Origin: an uncultured Gemmatimonadales bacterium
Lineage (GTDB): Bacteria > Gemmatimonadota > Gemmatimonadetes > Longimicrobiales > Gaopeijiaceae
DNA: 64,000 nucleotides
Direction: 5' to 3'
Assembly: GCA_963809895.1 (NCBI GenBank)
Contig: CAWELD010000010.1
Location: forward strand, 608,001-672,000
Below the pieces are notes generated by a model, which worked only from the letters and a program-made list of their open reading frames with translations, did no database searches and had not been told where the DNA came from. Shown piece after piece: positions 1-9,554 of this stretch. The translations under genes and the position numbers were made by a program. Numbering within the stretch: position 1 is the first letter of the stretch; the number at the start of each line of letters is the position of its first letter.

Positions 1-11
1 CTATCGGGTCG

Positions 12-1211
12 ATGAGCAAGAAGAAGGACCAACACACGGTACCAGAGTCCTACCTGCAGGGGTTTGTCTCCGACGAGATCCCGCCCGAGCATCGGGCCAA
101 TCCGTTGTTCGAGCCGGGAGTCTGGGTCTCCTCGCCCGATCTCCAGCGCGGGTGGAGCCATCGCCACCCGTCCAACGTCCTGACGAAGTCGTACTTCTAC
201 AACATTCCGGGCGATTCGCCCGATGCTCCCGTCATCGAAGAGTTCCTGTCCCGAGTCGAGGCCACCTTCCCAAGGGTAAGAAGGGAGCTAGTTGCGGGCC
301 GCATGCCGACTGGGGAGGACATCGGAAATCTGGCGCTCTTCGCGTCGACCCTTTCGATGCGCACCGAGGCACAACTTGCGCATTGGGAGCGCCAGTTCTC
401 AGACCTCAGACACCTCTATCGACAGGTCGGCGGCTACGACCCTGAAGAGCCAACCGGTGACAGCATCGCCGATGGCAGCCCTGAGGTATTAGCGCGTCAA
501 CTCATCACCGAGCCCACGCTGGCCAGGCTGTTGCTCGAGCAGGGGATGTACGTGCTCGTCAATCGAACGGAGGAGTTGTTTGTGAGCTCCGACAATCCCG
601 TCATCCATCAACACTGGCACGTTGACGAGATGCAACGGGCGCTGGCCGGGCTGGTCCGCGCAGACATCCCACGGAGTGAGCGGAGGCCGGTGACCCTTCT
701 CCCGCTTGATCCCCGTCACCTGCTCATCTCATCACTCTTCTTGAAGACCGCTCCCAGGCCGTGTGGGGCCCATGACATCACTGAGGCGGCCACAATCGTA
801 TGGCTGAACATCCTGGCGTTGGTGAATGCCGATGAGTTGGTCGTGTCCTCAAAGCCTCGCGTTTCCCGCGGCGACGACCTGGCTCTCGTCGAAGGCATGG
901 AGCGTTGGAGGGCAGCACAGGAGAACGGAGTCTACCTGAGTATCTACACGAAGCGGGAGCGTTACTGGCTCCCTATCCGGGATCTTGATCGAACCGGCGG
1001 TCGCCTCAGCTTCGTGCCCCTCGACCTGGAAGAGTTCCATCGGCTCGTCGATGATGGTGACCTGGACCACTTGGAGGTCCACCAAGGAACTGACTTGGCT
1101 GGCGGAATGCGACAGATAATGTTCCACAGCGTCGATGCATCGGGGAACGGTCCGTCTGTGATCAAGCACTCCGGTGGCCTCGACTTCATCTTCGGTGAGC
1201 GCGAGGCCTGA
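12..1211 (+). CDS. DUF4238-like protein
   Basis: N-terminal QHTVPESYLQGF and internal FVSSDNPV motifs typical of DUF4238. Confidence 0.75.
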   Translation: MSKKKDQHTVPESYLQGFVSDEIPPEHRANPLFEPGVWVSSPDLQRGWSHRHPSNVLTKSYFYNIPGDSPDAPVIEEFLSRVEATFPRVRRELVAGRMPTGEDIGNLALFASTLSMRTEAQLAHWERQFSDLRHLYRQVGGYDPEEPTGDSIADGSPEVLARQLITEPTLARLLLEQGMYVLVNRTEELFVSSDNPVIHQHWHVDEMQRALAGLVRADIPRSERRPVTLLPLDPRHLLISSLFLKTAPRPCGAHDITEAATIVWLNILALVNADELVVSSKPRVSRGDDLALVEGMERWRAAQENGVYLSIYTKRERYWLPIRDLDRTGGRLSFVPLDLEEFHRLVDDGDLDHLEVHQGTDLAGGMRQIMFHSVDASGNGPSVIKHSGGLDFIFGEREA

Positions 1212-1229
1212 GCCCAGCGGCGGCTGCAG

Positions 1230-1307
1230 GCTCCGGAGCACTCGCCTTGCAGCTCGCGCTCCGGGTCAGCATCGTGGTCCGGCAGCAGAATTCCAAGATC
1301 GTTAGGA
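1230..1307 (+). repeat. attC site (family C), left arm deleted
   Basis: Near-identical to right two-thirds of attC 7126-7241; ends GTTAGGA; no R'' box. Confidence 0.85.
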
Positions 1308-1332
1308 AGCGATCGCAGGCGAGGAAGGTACG

Positions 1333-2370
1333 GTGGCAGATCGTTCCCGCATGGACCGCACACTCGGGCGATTCATCGACCGAGTACGCCTGGGCACGCT
1401 TGTTCTCGCGCTCGGCTGCACCGTTCTTGGAGCGGCTGCCAGCTACTACGCTCTGACCAAATGGTCCGCCAGCGGCATAGTGGCAACGGGGGTGTCAGAT
1501 CAGCAAGTGGGTTTGCTGGATGCTCTCTACTTCAGTGTGGTGACCGTGTCGTCGTTGGGATATGGTGACTACGCGCCCGTTGGATGGGCCCGTGTCTTGG
1601 CTGGCGTAGAGGTCTTCGTTGGGCTTGGGCTGATATCGATCATGATTGCCAAGGTGGCGTCAGAACGATCGACTCAGTTGGTGAAGCTCATCTACACCAG
1701 CGACCACGAACGCCGCATCAACGATTTCACGGATGACGTAGCCGTGTATCGCGACCGAGTGAGAGACGCTGTCGGGAGGCAGCTCGAATCAGAGCTACAG
1801 GGAATTGCCGAGAGATGCCGGAAGCTGATTGAGGGAATGAACGCCTATGTGGCGTTCCAATCGCAGGTGGGAATGCTCACAGCCGGTAACAAGGGTTCGA
1901 TCCGCCGGCTATTGAAGGGCACGGTTCATCTCGCGGAGTCCGTGCTGGTAGCGGCGAAGCAGCCGCAGTACTCGGACGCCACACGACGACGACTGGCTGA
2001 TTTGATCGGGTCGCTGTCCCGTTTCAGTGGGGTGGCCGAGGAGTTCTATGACGACACGGTCGTCTGCGCTCGTGCCCACCATGTAGTCACCCTGGCGACT
2101 GACTTTCGGCGCATCAACCAGCAGCGTGCAGCTGGGCATCGGAGCTTCGACAACTACCGCGTTGCTGATTTGACCGAGGGACTTCTGGCTCGAGTAGTGG
2201 AGGTGGCCCCCGACCCACCATGGCCCAAGGGAGTGCATAAGACGGTTGCGGCCGAATTGGGTATCTCGAACGCCCTCGCAAGCAAGGCTCTCCATCACCT
2301 CGTCGACGAAGGCCGACTACATGCCGAGATCGACAACCCTGAGGAAGGACGAGGGGCGGTCGCTTCCTAA
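1333..2370 (+). CDS. Two-TM potassium-channel (Ion_trans_2) domain protein with helical region and C-terminal HTH-like segment
   Basis: DALYFSVVTVSSLGYGDYAP pore motif; stop TAA lies inside R'' TCCTAAC. Confidence 0.8.
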   Translation: MADRSRMDRTLGRFIDRVRLGTLVLALGCTVLGAAASYYALTKWSASGIVATGVSDQQVGLLDALYFSVVTVSSLGYGDYAPVGWARVLAGVEVFVGLGLISIMIAKVASERSTQLVKLIYTSDHERRINDFTDDVAVYRDRVRDAVGRQLESELQGIAERCRKLIEGMNAYVAFQSQVGMLTAGNKGSIRRLLKGTVHLAESVLVAAKQPQYSDATRRRLADLIGSLSRFSGVAEEFYDDTVVCARAHHVVTLATDFRRINQQRAAGHRSFDNYRVADLTEGLLARVVEVAPDPPWPKGVHKTVAAELGISNALASKALHHLVDEGRLHAEIDNPEEGRGAVAS

Positions 2371-2483
2371 CAGGGGTTTGAACCTGACGGGGTAGACGGG
2401 ATGGACGGACGGTTGTTCGGCTTGCACCTCACAACCGCCGGGGAGCATGTTGCTCCCGCAGGTTAAACCCAAAGTCGTTAGTA
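2365..2483 (+). repeat. attC site (family A)
   Basis: TCCTAAC...GTTAGTA; inner arms GGGTTTGAACCTG / CAGGTTAAACCC with one extra base. Confidence 0.93.
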
Positions 2484-2496
2484 CGCTTGATCGGAC

Positions 2497-2841
2497 CTAG
2501 ACATCCAACACCAGGCGCAGCCCAGCGTCTACACGGGCCATCCGCTTGCGCGTGACACGGCCGACACGCTCCGTAAGGTAGTCCTCATCTAGCGTTACCA
2601 CCTGCGTGACGTTTACGACCGAGTCCTTCGACAAACCCGTGGCCGACGCAGGTAACAGGACGTTCCCGGGGGCATCGAGGAGCCTAGCGTTCGAAGTGAG
2701 CACCACACACAGCACTGTGCGAAGCCTACTTCGGTTGAACGCGTCGGCCTGAACGACGAGCACGGGGCGGCGAAATCCCGGCTCGGACCCTCGGGGGTCG
2801 TCCAACTCTGCCCACCAAATCTCGCGGCGCTGAACTACCAC
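2497..2841 (-). CDS. mazF: PemK/MazF family toxin
   Basis: RREIWWAEL..PRGSEPGFRRPVLVVQ motif. Confidence 0.92.
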   Translation of the reverse strand: MVVQRREIWWAELDDPRGSEPGFRRPVLVVQADAFNRSRLRTVLCVVLTSNARLLDAPGNVLLPASATGLSKDSVVNVTQVVTLDEDYLTERVGRVTRKRMARVDAGLRLVLDV

Positions 2842-3071
2842 TCGTTGGACCTGAGGGAGCGAGCCTGGGCGCGGCGAAGGAGCGGGTCGAGTCCGCTGTC
2901 CTCATCACCGAACACGTCGTTGAGCCGTGCAGTGACGTCCTGGTCTCGGTGCTTGGCCAAGTACTCTTCAACCGCGCGAGCGTAGAGCTGACTCCGGGAC
3001 ATGCCGAGTCGGTCGGCAAGGGCCTCGGCCGACTCAAAGAGGTCGTCTGGAAGGGAGATGGCTGTCTTCAT
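2835..3071 (-). CDS. Ribbon-helix-helix antitoxin of the MazF module
   Basis: MKTAISLPDDLF..GMSRSQLY; overlaps toxin start. Confidence 0.88.
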   Translation of the reverse strand: MKTAISLPDDLFESAEALADRLGMSRSQLYARAVEEYLAKHRDQDVTARLNDVFGDEDSGLDPLLRRAQARSLRSNEW

Positions 3072-3077
3072 ACCGTG

Positions 3078-3106
3078 AGTATACTTCGGTATAACCACCG
3101 GCGCAA
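3078..3106 (-). promoter_or_regulatory. Sigma70 promoter TTGCGC-N17-TATACT, 6 nt upstream of ATG (leaderless)
   Basis: Read directly on minus strand; overlaps imperfect palindrome ATACCG..AGTATACT..CGGTAT. Confidence 0.7.
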
Positions 3107-3109
3107 GCG

Positions 3110-3228
3110 TTCTAACAGGGGTTCGAACCTGACGGGGTAGGCGTGAAGGTCGGACGGTTATTCGGCTTGCACCTCACAACCGCCGGTTGGCATGTTGCTC
3201 CCGCAGGTTAAACCCAAATCCGTTAGCC
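3110..3228 (+). repeat. attC site (family A)
   Basis: TTCTAAC...GTTAGCC; highly similar to 2365-2483. Confidence 0.93.
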
Positions 3229-3306
3229 CGACTACGGGAGCCGGAAGATCTCATACCGACGCATCCGTTTCGCCGTTTGGCTGTTGATGGTGGTGGGAGG
3301 GGTTGG

Positions 3307-3658
3307 ATGCGGCGAGCGCTCAAGCTCCTCGGCGTCGCGGGTCGAGGGGTGTTGGTCCGCTGCGTCTGACCCACCAGGGGTATTCCGGCTGACGGTACGG
3401 CCGGAGTCGGGTGACTCGGTGCTCCTTCCGGACCTCGGTCCCGACTTCATCATCCGGAACATCTGGAGACAGATCCCGGCCTCCGATTCGCTTGAGATCT
3501 TCCTGAATTCCGGTGGCTTCGGAGGCAATGTGATCCACTTCGTGATGCACGGTGACTCTCTCGGAGGGACGATTCAGGAGTGGTCAGACCATCCGGAGAC
3601 GTTTCCGGTCCGACCCTTCATGGCATCACGGGTGAGTTGCCCGGATCGCCTTCGGTAG
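3307..3658 (+). pseudogene. Small secreted hypothetical protein with apparent frameshift near 3340
   Basis: RBS plus MRRALKLLGVA in one frame, continuing as ASDPPGVFRL in another; only content of the cassette. Confidence 0.45.
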
Positions 3659-3661
3659 TCG

Positions 3662-3766
3662 GTCTAACGAGCGAGTCCTACTGCGTGCTCAAGGATCGAA
3701 AGGCTCGCGCGCGAGGCGCGCGGTCGGCATCATGAGGCACGCAGCAGAAGCGCAAATTCGTTAGGT
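3662..3766 (+). repeat. attC site (family B)
   Basis: GTCTAAC...GTTAGGT; CTGCGTGC / GCACGCAG arms. Confidence 0.92.
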
Positions 3767-3791
3767 AGCTCTCCAACCGTTGGAGGAGGGG

Positions 3792-4664
3792 ATGCGGACC
3801 CTGGCATCATGGATGGCCTTGGGCCTGGCATGTCTCGCGGCCCCTGTGGCCGCATCGGCGCAACGGCCCAGTGCGTGGGCAGTTCTCGATTCCCTGGGTC
3901 TCGAGTCGGGACATGTGGGCCGAGTCGAATACTACTTCGCGACGGCGGACGAGGCACGAGCGGAGGCCCTCGCGTCACTGGTGGACGCCGCCGCCGCCGT
4001 GTTCGAGCGTCAACTCGATCTCCGCTTTGACCTATCCGTGGCGGCTCTCGGCCCAGGCGAGTGGTTCTCTGAATTCCCAGGGGTGCCCTACGCCGTGCCG
4101 TGGGCATCGATTCCCGAACGGCTCCTCCTGCTGCCCTCATCGTTGTCGCAAGGTGTGCTCATCTTGGGGCCGACTGCCCTTGCGGATCGGCGACGTGTGG
4201 ACTTCGTGGCGCTTCATGAGTACGGGCATATCGCTGCAAAGGAGTACTTCCGACCGGAAGCGGTCGAGCCATACACGCCGGTGAGTTGGTTCGACGAGCT
4301 CATCGCGACGTACTTTGCGTATTCCCATCTGGCGGAAGCGGACCCAGAGTGGGCGTCAGCGGCACGAGCCGAGTGGTCTTCGCAGATACGAGACTTCACT
4401 CCTCCGGTCCTGTCGCTGGATTGGGGTTTCATGAGCGGGCTGCCTGGACCGGAGTTGTCGCGTGTCTACGGGTGGTATCAGACCGTGTTGAACGAGCGAG
4501 CCGCTGAGCTTTACGACCGCCGCGGGATCGCCCTGTTGCCGCGCCTCAAGGCAGCTCTCTCGTGGGAGGACGCATCAAGGTGGACGCCAGCCCGGCTCTT
4601 GAATGCTCTGGATGGTGTGACGCCAGAACTGGCCGCTTGGGCCCGCGAATTCGGGCGGCGGTAG
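3792..4664 (+). CDS. Secreted HExxH (gluzincin-like) protein
   Basis: Signal peptide, LHEYGH and downstream WFDELIA; GGAGG RBS. Confidence 0.6.
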   Translation: MRTLASWMALGLACLAAPVAASAQRPSAWAVLDSLGLESGHVGRVEYYFATADEARAEALASLVDAAAAVFERQLDLRFDLSVAALGPGEWFSEFPGVPYAVPWASIPERLLLLPSSLSQGVLILGPTALADRRRVDFVALHEYGHIAAKEYFRPEAVEPYTPVSWFDELIATYFAYSHLAEADPEWASAARAEWSSQIRDFTPPVLSLDWGFMSGLPGPELSRVYGWYQTVLNERAAELYDRRGIALLPRLKAALSWEDASRWTPARLLNALDGVTPELAAWAREFGRR

Positions 4665-4681
4665 ACGCTGGACCGTGAGCT

Positions 4682-4799
4682 ACCTAACTAGCATTTGTTG
4701 CTGACGCAGGCTAGATGGAGGTCCGAGACCGTTCGCCTGACGGCTCACGGCCTCGGGTCGGCGCCCGGCCTGCGCAGCAAAAATGCAAAGTCGTTAGAC
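4682..4799 (+). repeat. attC site (family C)
   Basis: ACCTAAC...GTTAGAC; GCATTTGTTGCTG / CAGCAAAAATGC arms. Confidence 0.9.
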
Positions 4800-4914
4800 T
4801 GAACCCGTTGACCCCAGGGAAGTACGAACATGGGACGCTCGGAAGACGCCGCAGGGCGTCGCGGGCGGCCGCGTAGGCTGAGCATTGTCCCTCCCTCCCC
4901 GTCAGGAGAACTGC

Positions 4915-5781
4915 ATGCGGACACGCAACCTACTGATCCTTGTCTGCCTCCTGGCCGAACTTGTGCTCCCGGTGGCACTTTGTGCCCAGTCGCCACCAGA
5001 CAGCGCTGCCGATTGGATCGCCATTGATCCAGAGTACACACTCTATGTGGACGTGCCGGCGGGCCGTATTGTCATTGCGTTGTCGAAGAAGCTCGCGCAG
5101 AACCATGTCAGGCAGATGAAGATCCTGGCGCGTGAGCACTACTTCGATGGGCTTCCGTTCCACCGCGTCATCGGAGGGTTCGTTGCCCAGGCCGGAGACA
5201 TGGCAAAGGAACCCCGAGACCTCGGCTCAGCTGCCATGTCGCTCGAGCCCAGGTTCGACGAACCATGGTCCGATGACCTGCATTTCGTGCCGCTGGGTGC
5301 TCCGGATGAGTATCAGGAACAGACCGGCTTCATCGATGGCTTCCCAGCCATGCGGAGCCTGTCCGAGAATCGGGTCTGGTTGACTGGCTGTCCCGGCATG
5401 GTGGGCATGCCACGAGACGACGATCCGAAGAGTGCCGCGGCCGGGTTTGCGATCGCCCTGGGATCAAATCGTTACAATGACCGCAACGGCACGAGATTCG
5501 GTCGAGTCGTCGACGGGCTGGATATCGCACGGATGATGCGACGCGCGACCGTGGACGACCCATCGACCTGGACACTCATCGATTCGGTGCGAGTCGCTGC
5601 CGATCTGCCGCCCGAGCTTCGGACGCCGCGCGAGATCCGCAATACGAATGCGGCAGGCTTCCCTGCCTACCTTGCATCTCAACGGATTCCGGACAATCCG
5701 TGGTTTGTGACGAAGACCATAAGATTGGACGTATGCACGACGTGGATCGTGCCTACCAGAACTCCTCCGGGCGGAGGATAG
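4915..5781 (+). CDS. Secreted cyclophilin-type peptidyl-prolyl isomerase
   Basis: YFDGLPFHRVIGGFVAQAGD and FGRVVDG motifs; signal peptide. Confidence 0.88.
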   Translation: MRTRNLLILVCLLAELVLPVALCAQSPPDSAADWIAIDPEYTLYVDVPAGRIVIALSKKLAQNHVRQMKILAREHYFDGLPFHRVIGGFVAQAGDMAKEPRDLGSAAMSLEPRFDEPWSDDLHFVPLGAPDEYQEQTGFIDGFPAMRSLSENRVWLTGCPGMVGMPRDDDPKSAAAGFAIALGSNRYNDRNGTRFGRVVDGLDIARMMRRATVDDPSTWTLIDSVRVAADLPPELRTPREIRNTNAAGFPAYLASQRIPDNPWFVTKTIRLDVCTTWIVPTRTPPGGG

Positions 5782-6040
5782 ATTGCCGGCCGGGCCTTTC
5801 GATCGGCATGGTCACCATCGCGCCGAGCACGGTCTGGTTCGGCCTCATCTCGGATGAAGTCAGCGTGTTCGGGCAAGCGTCGCTTGCGGCGAAAGCTGCG
5901 GCCGCGGCTCGGACATTCGTCAATGATTGCGGTCTCGGCCAACGTGGTGCCGCATTTTCATCTACTCGAGGAAGTCGGCGACTTGTTGGCGCAGGTGCGT
6001 GCCGAGGCTCAGAGGCTCCGTTAGCAGCCGGGGGAGTTCA

Positions 6041-6159
6041 GTCTAACAGGGGTTTGCTGCTGACAGGGTAGGCTTGGGGGATTCCGGCAGCACTCGCCTA
6101 GCGGCTCGCACTCCGGGTCGGCATTGTGGTCCTGCAGCAGAATTCCAAAGTCGTTAGAA
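6041..6159 (+). repeat. attC site (family C)
   Basis: GTCTAAC...GTTAGAA. Confidence 0.92.
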
Positions 6160-6221
6160 CGCCGAAGCCTATTCCTAGGTCTGAGCGTCAGGACGTGTGC
6201 AAGGAGGCTGGTGTGGAGGGG

Positions 6222-6608
6222 ATGGATCCTGGAATTGCGGTTCTTCACGAAGCGTGGCGCGACGCGATCCTCCGCGAAGACGTTGAGGGAGCGCTCGACC
6301 TCCTGACGGAGGATTACGTCCTATGGGCGGCTGGCGCTCCACCCATCGAGGGGCGCGATAGCGTGCGGGCCATCTTCAGTGCCGCCTTGGCACGTTATCG
6401 AATCACCCCAGCCTTCGAGCCCGAAGAGTGCATCGTGTCTGGTGATCTGGCTGTGGCTCGTGGTTGGGATATTCAAACGGTCCAGCTTCGAGCAGGCGGT
6501 GAGGCCACGACACAGAGACAGCGCGTCTTCCTGATCATGCGACGAACCAAAGACGGCAATTGGCGCTTCGCGAGAGGAATGTCCCAACCGGGTCCAGAGT
6601 CGAGCTGA
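6222..6608 (+). CDS. SnoaL/DUF4440 (NTF2-like) protein
   Basis: PPIEGRDSVRA, VSGDLAVARG, DGNWRF motifs. Confidence 0.85.
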   Translation: MDPGIAVLHEAWRDAILREDVEGALDLLTEDYVLWAAGAPPIEGRDSVRAIFSAALARYRITPAFEPEECIVSGDLAVARGWDIQTVQLRAGGEATTQRQRVFLIMRRTKDGNWRFARGMSQPGPESS

Positions 6609-6677
6609 GTCGGTCAATCGTCCTGCGCTGCTTCGGCAGCATCCGAACGGGCGGGTCAGGTCGCACGGGCTTCGGCG

Positions 6678-6725
6678 TTCTAACAGGGGTTTGCCGCTGA
6701 CAGGGTAGGCTTAGAGGTCCGGAGC
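6678..6725 (+). repeat. attC site (family C), right part deleted
   Basis: TTCTAACAGGGGTTTGCCGCTGACAGGGTAGGC then jumps into coding sequence at CCGGAGC. Confidence 0.85.
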
Positions 6726-7114
6726 CACAGCTCCGGCCGGGACGCTGGCTCTTCGAGGTCTACCCTCACCCTGCACATGTAGTCCTGTTTGGGCTCCAAC
6801 AGATCGTGAAGTACAAGAAGGGGCGGGTTGAAGAGCGCCGAGACGGCCTCGCAACCTTCGCCGGCCTCTTGGGCAGAGAGCTGAAGCGGGCGACGCTTCG
6901 ACTCATTCCTTCGGAGCAGCTGTCTGAAACGCTCAGCACCGTACCGGATACGCTGAGAGGCCAAGCGCTGAAGGACCACGAAGACCGTCTCGATGCGTTG
7001 CTTTGCTGCTACCTCGCCGCGCACTACTGGTACTGGGGGGACGAGGGCAACGAGATGATTGGAGACCTTCGCTCTGGAAACATCGTGGTTCCTATTAGGC
7101 GGGCGGATCAGTGA
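6722..7114 (+). pseudogene. 5'-truncated DUF429 (RNase H-like) protein
   Basis: Frame reads WLFEVYPHPAHVVLFGL..KYKKG..EDRLDALLCCY; N-terminal half missing. Confidence 0.8.
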
Positions 7115-7125
7115 CAACCGCTGAC

Positions 7126-7241
7126 ACCTAACAAGGAATTGCTGCTGACCGGGTAGGCCGTGGGCTCCGGAGCACTCGCCTTGCAGCTCGCGCTCCGGGT
7201 CGGCATCGTGGTCCGGCAGCAGAATTCCAAAGTCGTTAGAT
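7126..7241 (+). repeat. attC site (family C)
   Basis: ACCTAAC...GTTAGAT; GGAATT(G)CTGCTG / CAGCAGAATTCC. Confidence 0.94.
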
Positions 7242-7382
7242 GGCGCTCCAGAAGGAACGGGGCCTGTACTGCGTAGTCGTGCTGGTGAGTGAGTCGCACG
7301 GTGAAGGGCGAGCGAAGGACCCAGGGTCGTTCGGCAGTGCCGGCGTCACTCAGACGCTCGCGATTCGACTCGAAGGTGCCCA

Positions 7383-7805
7383 ATGCTCAGACGTGCACTC
7401 AGGCTCGCCGCCTGGCCTGTGCTCATTTCTCTCTTCATAACGCCGATTCGCGTCTTCCTCGAACTGGCCGGCGTGCCCACGGTGTTCGTCTTTCCGCTCG
7501 GCCTACTCTGGCTGGCCTTGGGGTTTGCGGTCTTCCTGGGCACGAGACTGGGTGAGGAAGAGCATCCGTATCTGCTCCTGCTGCTGAGCCTTGTCGTCTT
7601 CTCTCCACCCTCTCGGTTCCCTGTCTTCGTGATGTGGTGGGTCGATACGACGTGGGAGCTCGGTACGCACTACAACATCTTCGACAGCTGGCGTCAGGCC
7701 CTGTTCTCCGAACTCTTCTGGGGCTCGGTCATCCAGGTGATTCCGGGCTTCTTCATCGGGTCAGTGGTCCTCGGCATCAAGAGAGCCCGGGCGCGCGCCG
7801 CCTAA
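7383..7805 (+). CDS. Hypothetical membrane protein
   Basis: About four hydrophobic segments; stop inside R''. Confidence 0.75.
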   Translation: MLRRALRLAAWPVLISLFITPIRVFLELAGVPTVFVFPLGLLWLALGFAVFLGTRLGEEEHPYLLLLLSLVVFSPPSRFPVFVMWWVDTTWELGTHYNIFDSWRQALFSELFWGSVIQVIPGFFIGSVVLGIKRARARAA

Positions 7806-7914
7806 CTAGCGTTTCCCGCTGACGCGGCGGTTGTAGAGGTCCGCGCCGTTCGCCTTGCAGCTCACGACGCGGGTTGGCATCGTGCTGCGCAGCAGAAACC
7901 CAGAGTCGTTATAC
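7800..7914 (+). repeat. attC site (family C)
   Basis: GCCTAAC...GTTATAC. Confidence 0.9.
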
Positions 7915-7952
7915 AGCATAGCCCAACGCCAAGATGGACGGAGGTTCACACA

Positions 7953-9431
7953 ATGGTTCCGTGTAGAGCACCACTCGCAACGCTAGTGCTTGGGTTCGCA
8001 GTAGTGGCATCCGTGTCCTGCGTAAATGCCCAGGGAGTTTCATCCGTTGCAGAGTCAATCGATTCGTTGATGACCAGCCTCAATGACCAGGGGTACTTCG
8101 TAAGTGGGGCAGTCGTCGCGGGGAGGGGAGACGAGATCTTGTACGAACGCGGCTTCGGTCTCGCGAACGTGGCCGAAGGCGTGCCGTTCACGCCTGACAC
8201 GCCTGCCCACGGCGCGTCCCTGGCGAAGACGCTGACGGCGACCGCGATCCTGATGCTCGACGAGGAAGGTCGCCTTCGCCTCGACGACCCCGTGACAGAG
8301 TACCTCCCCGAGTTCCCGTATCCGGAGATCGAGGTCCGGCATCTGCTCGATCACAGCTCTGGGTTGCTCCCCGATGGACCGCTGCTGGCCATGGCGCCGC
8401 GTGGCGAAGAGCACACCAACCAGCTGCTGCTGGATCTCCTGGTCGAGCACGCCCCGCCGCTCGCGTTCACCCCGGGGACAGGCTTCCTGTACAGCGCCGG
8501 CTCCGTCATCGCGGCGACCCTGGTCGAGCGCGTCACCGGCGTGTCGTATGCCTCCTTCTTGCGGGAGCGGATCTTCGAACCCCTGGATATGGATGCGTCC
8601 TTCGTCCGTGTGGCCGAGGCGGAGGACTCGAGTCGTGTTCGAACACTCGGCTACCGCCGGTCGCCCGACGGCACGCTCGAACTCTTCGACGAGCCGGCGA
8701 ACCGCCATGTGTATGGCGGCACCGGGATCGACTACTCGACTCGCGATCTCTACCGTTGGGTCTCCTCGTTCTACGCGAGGCCCCTCCTGGGCGAGAGCGC
8801 GCTGCGAGCCGGTCTCGAGGCCCCGGACCTGGGCGAAGGGCAGCGGTCCGGCATCACCCTCCTGAACTGGTACCACCCCGAAAGCGGGCGGCGCTTCTAC
8901 TTCACCGGTGACAGCTACGGCTTCTACACCTTCGCGTACTGGGACGCCGATCGCCGACACGCCTTCGTCTACATGAGCAACACGCTCCTGCCGAACTGGT
9001 TGCGGCCGAGGCTGGCGATGGCGTTGGTCGACATTCTGGAAGGCCGTCATCCCGCGTTGATCGAGGATCCTCACTACGCCATTGCAGGCGTACCCTCCGG
9101 GTCCTGGGACCTGTACGCCGGGGTACCGTCACTCGACGACTTTGCCCCAGCCTTGGGCGAATACGAGATGACTCCGGCAGGCAGGGTGTCCATTGAGAAT
9201 CCTCCTCCAAACTGGCTGAACATCGGCTGGATGATCCCGGATGGATGGTTCACTCCGGTCGTCCAAGTGAACGGGGGGCTGACGTTAAACTTGTTTCCGG
9301 TGGAGCCCGGGATGTTCTACGTCCCCGGTCTCGACGCCTGGGTTGGGTTCACAGAGAGCGACGGGGAACCGACGCTCCACTGGACGCAGGTGTTCAAGGG
9401 CACGAGTACGGGCACGCGCATGGAGGAGTAA
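7953..9431 (+). CDS. Serine hydrolase, beta-lactamase/transpeptidase-like (AmpC-related family)
   Basis: SLAK (SxxK), LLDHSSGL, FTPGTGFLYS motifs; signal peptide. Confidence 0.88.
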   Translation: MVPCRAPLATLVLGFAVVASVSCVNAQGVSSVAESIDSLMTSLNDQGYFVSGAVVAGRGDEILYERGFGLANVAEGVPFTPDTPAHGASLAKTLTATAILMLDEEGRLRLDDPVTEYLPEFPYPEIEVRHLLDHSSGLLPDGPLLAMAPRGEEHTNQLLLDLLVEHAPPLAFTPGTGFLYSAGSVIAATLVERVTGVSYASFLRERIFEPLDMDASFVRVAEAEDSSRVRTLGYRRSPDGTLELFDEPANRHVYGGTGIDYSTRDLYRWVSSFYARPLLGESALRAGLEAPDLGEGQRSGITLLNWYHPESGRRFYFTGDSYGFYTFAYWDADRRHAFVYMSNTLLPNWLRPRLAMALVDILEGRHPALIEDPHYAIAGVPSGSWDLYAGVPSLDDFAPALGEYEMTPAGRVSIENPPPNWLNIGWMIPDGWFTPVVQVNGGLTLNLFPVEPGMFYVPGLDAWVGFTESDGEPTLHWTQVFKGTSTGTRMEE

Positions 9432-9485
9432 AGGGCTGGGCGTTCATCGGTGGAAGACAGAGGAAGAAACAGGAGACGGTGTGCT

Positions 9486-9547
9486 GTATGACAAGGCGAT
9501 GCAGACGTAGGCGCTGCGCGCCGCCGCTGATCGCCGATCCGCTATGG
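9486..9547 (+). repeat. Short (about 62 bp) attC of a different type, both core triplets mutated
   Basis: GTATGAC...GCTATGG; GGCGAT(G)CAG / CTGATCGCC arms; ends match neighbouring cassette ends. Confidence 0.7.
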
Positions 9548-9554
9548 AGCGCGG

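Noticed and set aside
6020..6026. GTTAGCA as an extra attC end
   Set aside because: No matching arms, and cassette ends 4793/6047 already pair
5782..6040. Non-coding RNA or second gene after the PPIase
   Set aside because: Only weak short ORFs and no convincing structure
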